From positions 103,726 through 167,725 of the forward strand of contig CAZXPC010000001.1 of NCBI GenBank assembly GCA_964643135.1: 64,000 bases of DNA, written 5' to 3'. This stretch comes from an uncultured Candidatus Saccharibacteria bacterium (GTDB taxonomy: Bacteria > Patescibacteriota > Minisyncoccia > UBA6257 > Colwellbacteraceae). The position numbers were made by a program, and so were the translations under genes. Under the pieces are notes generated by a model. It was not told where the DNA came from. It saw only the letters and a list, made by a program, of their open reading frames with translations, and made no database searches. This document shows, piece after piece, positions 57,760 through 64,000 of the stretch. The stretch's first letter is position 1. Each line of letters begins with the position of its first letter.

Positions 57760-59398
57760 CGAATTCAAAGAATTCATGGATGTTTCAGAATTCAAAAGTT
57801 ATTTCGTAGCCGAAGCCGGTGAACACCTTCAAAAGATGAATGACAATTTGCTGGCGCTAGAGAAAGACCCTGCCAATAAAAGCCTCTTAAAAGAGCTCAT
57901 GCGATCGTCGCATACGATTAAGGGATCGGCCGCAACTATGGCCTATAATAAGGTCGCTTACCTCGCCCACATTCTGGAAGACGTTTTCGACAGCGCCTCG
58001 AACGATGATATTCAAATTACTCCGGCACTGATTGCCGAACTTCTGAAAGGAGCCGATGCTATTGAAAACTCGGTCAGATCGATCGACCAAACCGGCCGGG
58101 AAATTGACCTAACCGACATCTCAGAGAAAATAAAAAAGTTAACCGGCGTATCAACGGAGGGCGTCGGCAAATCTCTTCGCCAGACTAAAGAAGTCCCGGT
58201 AGCCGCTTCGGCCGCGAAAATTCCGACAGTCGAAACTATTTCTCACGTTAAAGTTCCGGTAAGCCGGCTTGATTCTCTACTCTCGCTCGCCGAAGAAATT
58301 ATGCTTATCCGCATGCAGCTGGATCAGCTTAAGAATAATTACCTCCCGCTTAAAAATGTTGCCGAACGATTCGGACGACTGGTCTCCGAGCTCCAATACC
58401 AGGTCATGAAAGCTCGCCTCATCGCGCTCGACCAAGTTTTTGCGCGCTTTCCAAGGATGGTTCACGACCTGGCCTCTTCGACGGGGAAAACAGTGAATTT
58501 TGAAATCAGCGGCGGCGAAATTGAACTGGACCGGACCATCGTTGATGAACTAGGCGAACCGCTCATTCATCTTTTGAGAAACGCGGTCGACCACGGCATA
58601 GACAAAACCGGCACCGTAACCTTGAGCGCTGTCCGCGTGAAAGATCGGGCCCTGATTAGCGTCGAAAACAGCGGGAATGTCATTGATTTTAATAAGGTTA
58701 GGGAAAAGGCCGTCGAGAAAGGCATTGTGAGCGCCGAGACGGCGGCCAAGATGACTCAAGATCAGCTAACCGCCCTGCTTTTTGCGAACCGCTTATCGAC
58801 AAGCCGGGAGATAACTGAAATTTCCGGCCGCGGCGTGGGCCTGGGAATTGTCAAAAATTTTGCCGATGAAATCGGCGGCCGCGTTATTGTGACGTCACCC
58901 GTTAAGAACGGCCAAAATCCGACTGGAGCCCGCTTTACCCTCGAACTGCCGCTTACAATCGCGATTATCAAGGCTCTGCTCGTTAAAGTGGCCGGCCGCA
59001 TCTTCGCTCTTCCCTTTGCCGATATCGCGCGCTCGGTTTCAATCAATCCCTCGGATATCAAGACGCTGGGAGGTGAAGAAGTCGCTATTATTGATCAAGA
59101 GGATGTTCCTCTTTTAAGGCTGGATAAGATTTTTAACCTGGGAGGCTCGCCGAATCCAGCGCCTTCGGCCCCGGCTTCGGTTACGGCGGTTATGGTCGAA
59201 CGGGGCGATGATGTCGCCGCGCTCACGGTTGACGGGTTGGTTAATAAAGAAGAGCTTATTGTTAAGCCCCTGGCGCCGATTCTGCGCCAAAGTAAAGGAT
59301 TCTCGGGCTCGGCCATTCTGGGTAATGGCGAAACGATCTTGATTATCGACGTCGCCAATATCTTGGAAATTTCCAAAAAATCTAAAATTAAATTATGA
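57749..59398 (+). CDS. cheA: CheA kinase (compact, no evident P2 domain)
   Basis: HTIKGSA Hpt, HLLRNAVDHG, SGRGVGL, C-terminal CheW-like domain. Confidence 0.95.
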   Translation: MDINEFKEFMDVSEFKSYFVAEAGEHLQKMNDNLLALEKDPANKSLLKELMRSSHTIKGSAATMAYNKVAYLAHILEDVFDSASNDDIQITPALIAELLKGADAIENSVRSIDQTGREIDLTDISEKIKKLTGVSTEGVGKSLRQTKEVPVAASAAKIPTVETISHVKVPVSRLDSLLSLAEEIMLIRMQLDQLKNNYLPLKNVAERFGRLVSELQYQVMKARLIALDQVFARFPRMVHDLASSTGKTVNFEISGGEIELDRTIVDELGEPLIHLLRNAVDHGIDKTGTVTLSAVRVKDRALISVENSGNVIDFNKVREKAVEKGIVSAETAAKMTQDQLTALLFANRLSTSREITEISGRGVGLGIVKNFADEIGGRVIVTSPVKNGQNPTGARFTLELPLTIAIIKALLVKVAGRIFALPFADIARSVSINPSDIKTLGGEEVAIIDQEDVPLLRLDKIFNLGGSPNPAPSAPASVTAVMVERGDDVAALTVDGLVNKEELIVKPLAPILRQSKGFSGSAILGNGETILIIDVANILEISKKSKIKL

Positions 59399-60024
59399 AT
59401 CTAGAATTAACTGATATCCAGGCCGATCAGCTTCGCGAAACGCTCCATATCGCCGCGAGCCGCGCGACCGTCGCTCTTTCCAAGCTGACTAATCAAAAAA
59501 TAACGGTCGGATTGCCGGAAATTTTAATCGACCGGATTGAAAATATTGCCCCCCGCGAAGATGGCGGCGAGCAACTGTCAGCCGGCATAGTTTTTAGACT
59601 CTCGGGCGAGTTGCCCGGAGCGATGCTAATCGACTTGCCGGAGCAAAACGCTTTGGCGCTAGCCGGACTTATGACTCAGCATGCCAAAACGCATGTGCGC
59701 GACCTTGATCGCTTGGATATCTCGGCCTTGGAAGAGATGGGTAATATTGTGGCCGGCCACGCCATTACGGCTCTCTGGAATTTCTTGGGCACGCCGATAC
59801 GCTATTCCCCTCCCGCCAGCGCCGTTGACCTGACAACCGCAATTATCGAGCAAGTTGTTACCGACATCGGATCGAAAACCAGCGAAGCGATGGTTTTTAA
59901 CGCTTCCTTTTCTTTGGCTGATAATGTCGCGCCCAACCGGCTCATTTTTATTTTTACTCCCGCTGCCAGCCGTCGAATTCTCGAGATAATCAAAACCAGA
60001 TTTGATGCAGGAAAAAATCATTGA
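59395..60024 (+). CDS. cheC: Second CheC-family phosphatase
   Basis: ATVALSKL, SALEEMGNIV. Confidence 0.8.
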   Translation: MNLELTDIQADQLRETLHIAASRATVALSKLTNQKITVGLPEILIDRIENIAPREDGGEQLSAGIVFRLSGELPGAMLIDLPEQNALALAGLMTQHAKTHVRDLDRLDISALEEMGNIVAGHAITALWNFLGTPIRYSPPASAVDLTTAIIEQVVTDIGSKTSEAMVFNASFSLADNVAPNRLIFIFTPAASRRILEIIKTRFDAGKNH

Positions 60025-60511
60025 TACCGGCGGACTCGTTATTTTTGACCATCTCATGAAAACCAACGGCGTGGGTTCGTGCGTCGTCATTATATTTTTT
60101 GACCGAAAAAAGAAGCTGGGCGGAATGGCGCACTCAATGCTCCCGGAGCGATTAACCGGCGACTCTGACTACTTCAGCGCCCCGGGCAAATACGTGAACG
60201 AAGCCATCGATAACCTTTTCGAGCGTTTTTTAAAGCGCGGATCGAACGCCGCAGACCTCGCCGCGGTTTTAGTCGGCGGAGCGGAAATGTTTCCTTCTTT
60301 GTCCGGAGACTACTTTACCGTTGGCTACCAGAACCTGCAAACCGCCAAGCGATGCCTGGCGGAAACAGGTGTGGCGCTGATCGATGAATCGGTCGGCGGC
60401 CACTTCGGCCGCTCAGTCTCATTGGATCCCCAGTCGGGCAAGTTAATCATCACCGCGAGAAACCCGAATGCTCCTTTCTCGACCAAGATTATAAACCTCC
60501 TGCAGTCTTAA
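60005..60511 (+). CDS. cheD: CheD glutamine deamidase
   Basis: GVGSCV, AHSMLP, VGGAEMF, VGGHFGRSV. Confidence 0.93.
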   Translation: MQEKIIDTGGLVIFDHLMKTNGVGSCVVIIFFDRKKKLGGMAHSMLPERLTGDSDYFSAPGKYVNEAIDNLFERFLKRGSNAADLAAVLVGGAEMFPSLSGDYFTVGYQNLQTAKRCLAETGVALIDESVGGHFGRSVSLDPQSGKLIITARNPNAPFSTKIINLLQS

Positions 60512-61458
60512 ATTCGGATGCTGGTATCCCGAATAACCGTGGCGTTAATGGTCGTACCGTTAACCGAACCGTAAACCCTAATATTATCGCCGACTCTAAA
60601 ATTGGTCAGAGAAGATCTGCCCCAAAGCGAGCTCAATATACTGGTATCAGAAGCAACATTAACCGTGTAATCTACGCCGCCGACTGTAATCGTGAGCGTG
60701 GCCGGCAAAGTGGTTCCGGAAACAGCTTTCAAAGTACCCTCGAAAGTTGTCTTTTCGGACACCATCAAAATCATAACTTTGTTGGCGGCGATAACATGCG
60801 TATTCAGATCAAGCACGCCCGAGACTTTAACTCGACTGCCAACGCTTAAGTCGGCGAAAGTTGCTGATGCTGTATCGTTCTTCAAAAATACTGTTCCGTC
60901 TGAAACGCTAACTGTAATGTTGCCCTTTTCTGAAGCTGTGACAACAAATGTCTTAGCCGATGCATCAATGCTCGCTACTGTTCCTGAAACGGCCGCGTTC
61001 TGCTTCTGGATGGACCAATCCTTGAGAGTCGATGCCTTAACCGTCAATGTTGCGGCCGTCATGTCCAATGATCCCGTCACGCTGATAAGATCGCCGACTG
61101 AAACCTCGGACACAGCCGACACTCCGCCGAATTTTCGGGCGAACCTGGTGTTGCTATCGGTATTGATAACCCAAGCTAAAGAAGTTGACCCAAAAGTTGT
61201 CGAGGCATTGATAGTACTGCCGGAGACCGCAGTTACTTTAGCTCCCCTCACGAGCACAGTACCGTTGTCGTTCAAGTGAATCTCAAGAGTCGTGCCATTT
61301 TTGTGCGCCTCGTCTCTGTCGCCGTGATCTCCCAAACCTACGCTGACGCCCAGCCTAAGGCCGCTATCTTCACCGGCATTATTGTTTGCCCAGGCGTAGC
61401 CGATCGACAAACCAGTTCCTATAACTATTGCTGCCAAACCTGCAATTATTTTTTTCAT
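60508..61458 (-). CDS. Secreted repeat beta-domain protein (DUF5666-like)
   Basis: Signal peptide; three repeats of G-x-V...T....L-x-VG-x-x-V/I-x-V-x-G. Confidence 0.75.
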   Translation of the reverse strand: MKKIIAGLAAIVIGTGLSIGYAWANNNAGEDSGLRLGVSVGLGDHGDRDEAHKNGTTLEIHLNDNGTVLVRGAKVTAVSGSTINASTTFGSTSLAWVINTDSNTRFARKFGGVSAVSEVSVGDLISVTGSLDMTAATLTVKASTLKDWSIQKQNAAVSGTVASIDASAKTFVVTASEKGNITVSVSDGTVFLKNDTASATFADLSVGSRVKVSGVLDLNTHVIAANKVMILMVSEKTTFEGTLKAVSGTTLPATLTITVGGVDYTVNVASDTSILSSLWGRSSLTNFRVGDNIRVYGSVNGTTINATVIRDTSIRI

Positions 61459-61555
61459 GATTTTTTTACTTAATTTATAATGTATTCATTATCTTCCAGC
61501 CTCTACCAAAAAACCAGCCCGACCTTTGCCGTTAATTTTAATGATCTGCCCTACC

Positions 61556-61583
61556 TAGACGAGAAAGCCTCGTATATCTTTCA
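61556..61583 (-). promoter_or_regulatory. ECF-type promoter
   Basis: TGAAAG-N16-CGTCTA upstream of the DUF5666-like gene. Confidence 0.55.
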
Positions 61584-61602
61584 AGCGCTTTTCCTGAGAG
61601 AG

Positions 61603-62133
61603 CTATTTGAGTGAAATTTTTGCAGTTTCCGGCTCTCGTACCGTAATAAATCTCCTTTTCCAGCCTTTCAAAAAATCAGCAATCGAGATCTGGCTGCCGC
61701 CCGGCGTTCTCAAGGCCGGATTATTGTAATAAACATTTTGCTCGTCTAAACCGGTTACCACCACAATATGGCCCAGGGTTGCTTTGGGATCAAACTTGTT
61801 ATGAATCGAGACAATGACCGGCCCGTCATTTAAGAGATCCTTTAGCTCGGCAAAAGCGGTTTGATTGCTGGTTTTAGAAAAGTCATAAGTTTTCCCGACA
61901 AGGCCGTATTTACCGGCTAAGGCCGCCAACTCGGTGTGCTTCCAGCCGACATTCGGGACATAAGCACCCGAAACAATGGCTTGCGTAAGCAGCTTGTTAA
62001 CCGACACCGTATTAGGCTTGTAATAGTCGATCGCCATAGCTAAACTGGCGATTCCGCAGCCCTGCTGCTGCCATTCGTATGTCTTTATTTCAGTCAGTTG
62101 CGAATGAAAAGGAACGTTGTAAAAATCAATCAT
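61603..62133 (-). CDS. C39-like cysteine peptidase
   Basis: VPFHSQ, GCGIASLAM, GHIVVVTG, YNNP. Confidence 0.85.
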   Translation of the reverse strand: MIDFYNVPFHSQLTEIKTYEWQQQGCGIASLAMAIDYYKPNTVSVNKLLTQAIVSGAYVPNVGWKHTELAALAGKYGLVGKTYDFSKTSNQTAFAELKDLLNDGPVIVSIHNKFDPKATLGHIVVVTGLDEQNVYYNNPALRTPGGSQISIADFLKGWKRRFITVREPETAKISLK

Positions 62134-62246
62134 GTCGGCGATTATAACACAAGGTTGGCTATAGTGTCAATAAAGAGGAAGCTAATAGAGCGCTCCATAC
62201 TGGTAAGCTCCGCTAAAAGCATTTATAATGGATATATTGATTTCAT

Positions 62247-62609
62247 ATGGATGCCTCAAGCTTAAAATCTAGCCAGCTGGGCGCTAATTGGGAACTCGAC
62301 GCGGAACATAAAATCATCCGGGGATCAGACGCTTTCTATACCCTCTATGGTTTGAAACCTCAAGATTTCGGCCTCAAGCTCGATTATTTTCTTAGTTTCA
62401 TAGAGCCGGCCGACTTGGCCCGGGTCAAGCATATTTTTGAAGACTCGATTAAAGACCAGGCACCCTTCAACTTTATCTACAAAATCAAGGGCGCGGACGG
62501 CGCATCGCGGACCTTGATCTGCCACATCCGGCTTTTCGAACCAAATCCGATTACGCACCAAACCGCCAAGATCATAGGCACCATTGAACAGTCCCCCAAC
62601 CTGGATTAA
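62247..62609 (+). CDS. Stand-alone PAS-domain protein
   Basis: GANWELD, SDAFYTLYG, IEPADLARV, DGASR. Confidence 0.75.
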   Translation: MDASSLKSSQLGANWELDAEHKIIRGSDAFYTLYGLKPQDFGLKLDYFLSFIEPADLARVKHIFEDSIKDQAPFNFIYKIKGADGASRTLICHIRLFEPNPITHQTAKIIGTIEQSPNLD

Positions 62610-62631
62610 ATTGCTGAACTAAATTGATACC

Positions 62632-63564
62632 GTGTTAAAATTTATAAAAGTTTTTCTCTTCATTTCCGCAGTGGCCGTAACAGGCTATATATTCCGCGGT
62701 CCGATCGGGAACGTCATCGTAAGCCTCCGGATCTCATTATTTCCGTGCTCGCAGCCGATCCAATATTCGCTCGGTTCTTTCGACCCCAGATTCGGCATCT
62801 CCAAGGCTGACTTCTTAAATGCGGCTAATCAGGCGGTCGACATTTGGGAAAAAGGAATCAACCGGAACCTCTTCAGGTACACAACCGACGGACCTCTTAA
62901 AATAAATCTCATTTTTGATTACCGGCAGGAAGCGACGATCGCTCTTCAAAAAGTAGGCATAACTTACGGTGACGACAAGGCCTCCTATGATAGGCTAAAA
63001 GCCAAATATGATTCTCTGCAAGCCGACTATCAATCCAAAAAATCTGCCTTAGACGCCAAGATAGCCGTTTTTAATACTCAAAAAGCCGCCTATGAGAAAG
63101 AGGTTAGTTATTGGAATGCCCGCGGCGGCGCTCCCCCCTCAACTTACGATCAGCTCAATTCGGAAAAAGCTTCGCTCGACACGCAGATCGCCGAAATTAA
63201 TGCCCTGCAAAAAGAAATCAACGCTGAAGTAGATGAGATCAACGCCTTGGTTGTGGCGCTAAACCAACTGGTCCAGACGCTCAATTTAGAGGCGGCGCAA
63301 TATAATCAGATCGGAAAAACCGAGGGCGATGAATTCAGCGAAGGCATTTACCAAAGCTCGATCGCCGGCCGGGAAATAGACATCTACCAATTCGACAGCC
63401 GCGCTAAGCTGGTGAGGGTCCTCGCCCACGAGTTAGGCCACGCGCTCGGCCTCGGCCACCTCGACGACCCGAAAGCGATCATGTACCGGTTAAACCAGGG
63501 CACCAACGAGAAACTCACCTCCGCCGACCTAAATGCTTTAAAACATCTTTGCGGAATTAAATAG
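62632..63564 (+). CDS. Matrixin-like (M10) zinc metalloprotease with coiled-coil insert
   Basis: HELGHALGLGH plus AIMY Met-turn; N-terminal TM. Confidence 0.88.
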   Translation: MLKFIKVFLFISAVAVTGYIFRGPIGNVIVSLRISLFPCSQPIQYSLGSFDPRFGISKADFLNAANQAVDIWEKGINRNLFRYTTDGPLKINLIFDYRQEATIALQKVGITYGDDKASYDRLKAKYDSLQADYQSKKSALDAKIAVFNTQKAAYEKEVSYWNARGGAPPSTYDQLNSEKASLDTQIAEINALQKEINAEVDEINALVVALNQLVQTLNLEAAQYNQIGKTEGDEFSEGIYQSSIAGREIDIYQFDSRAKLVRVLAHELGHALGLGHLDDPKAIMYRLNQGTNEKLTSADLNALKHLCGIK

Positions 63565-63673
63565 CCCCAGTCCGACATGATTAAGAGAGTTATCCGTCTA
63601 TGATATAATGCAGAAAAGGTCGAAAGCAAAAAAAGATATTACAAACAAAAAAAATAAAAACTAATCATTCTCT

Positions 63674-64000
63674 ATGAATAAGAATCTTCTCGTCGGTTTA
63701 GGAATCGCTGTGCTCATTGTGCTCGCCGGGTGGATCGTTTTCTCGTCTATGACTCCGGCTCCGGCTCCAGTGGCTCCTATTCCGGTTCCTACGCCAGTTC
63801 CAGTTCCAACTCCTGTCCCAACTCCTCCAGCGCCTCCATCAGCCGGCGCGCCGACCGTGCAAACCAGCACGAACACAGTGCCGACAAGTTCAACCGTGGT
63901 TGTTACCGGCAACGTAACCCCGAACGGCGCCCTAACCAGTTACTGGTATGAGTACGGCGCTTCCACCGCTTTGGGCACTCAAACTAACGCTTTCAATATC
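63674..64000 (+). CDS. Partial membrane-anchored surface protein (Pro/Thr linker, FN3-like start), runs off window
   Basis: MNKNLLVGLGIAVLIVLAGW, PVPTPVP linker, GNVTPNG..YWYEYG; no stop before the end. Confidence 0.75.
   Translation, partial: MNKNLLVGLGIAVLIVLAGWIVFSSMTPAPAPVAPIPVPTPVPVPTPVPTPPAPPSAGAPTVQTSTNTVPTSSTVVVTGNVTPNGALTSYWYEYGASTALGTQTNAFNI

Noticed and set aside
57749-57802. Duplicated CheA N-terminus (MDINEFKEF/MDVSEFKSY)
   Set aside because: Small degenerate in-frame duplication that only makes the start codon ambiguous.
60692-61279. Long antisense ORFs (also 22513-23070, 23779-24258, 29618-30034 and others)
   Set aside because: Shadow frames of well-supported genes on the opposite strand.
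61603-62133. C39 peptidase as leader peptidase for the Trp peptide
   Set aside because: About 40 kb away, and the precursor has no double-glycine site.
63750-63840. Short repeats CCGGCT/CCAGTT/CCAACT
   Set aside because: They encode a Pro/Thr/Val linker of a surface protein, not a DNA array.

Overview
Gene-dense window, standard bacterial genetic code, most consistent with a Patescibacteria/CPR (Parcubacteria-like) chromosome (inference from gene set, scarce Shine-Dalgarno sites and an HTH-LAGLIDADG-like gene next to a tRNA). It holds housekeeping and cell-wall genes (gltX, murE, FemX-like, mraY, scpAB, dnaX, pgk, ppa, rnhA, glgA), RNase P RNA, tRNA-Gln(UUG) and several transporters. Main find (18.8-23.1 kb): a 35-aa ORF absent from the ORF track, ending ...ADVGVAWD like the Bacillus ComX pheromone precursor, followed by a multi-TM histidine kinase, a fused class II terpene cyclase/ComQ-like class I prenyltransferase and an OmpR-family regulator, with shared 11-bp-spaced TCTTCAT repeats upstream of peptide and regulator. 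This is a candidate quorum-sensing circuit using a (cyclic) isoprenylated tryptophan peptide. Also notable: a CheC/CheD-type chemosensory cluster with no cheR, running into glycogen genes; two tandem structured non-coding transcription units, one ending in an atypical tRNA; a 23-aa Cys/His mini-protein; a copper-handling operon; widespread leaderless promoters; and a recurrent AAAGGTCG leader motif. All calls are by-eye motif recognition; no searches or folding programs were run.
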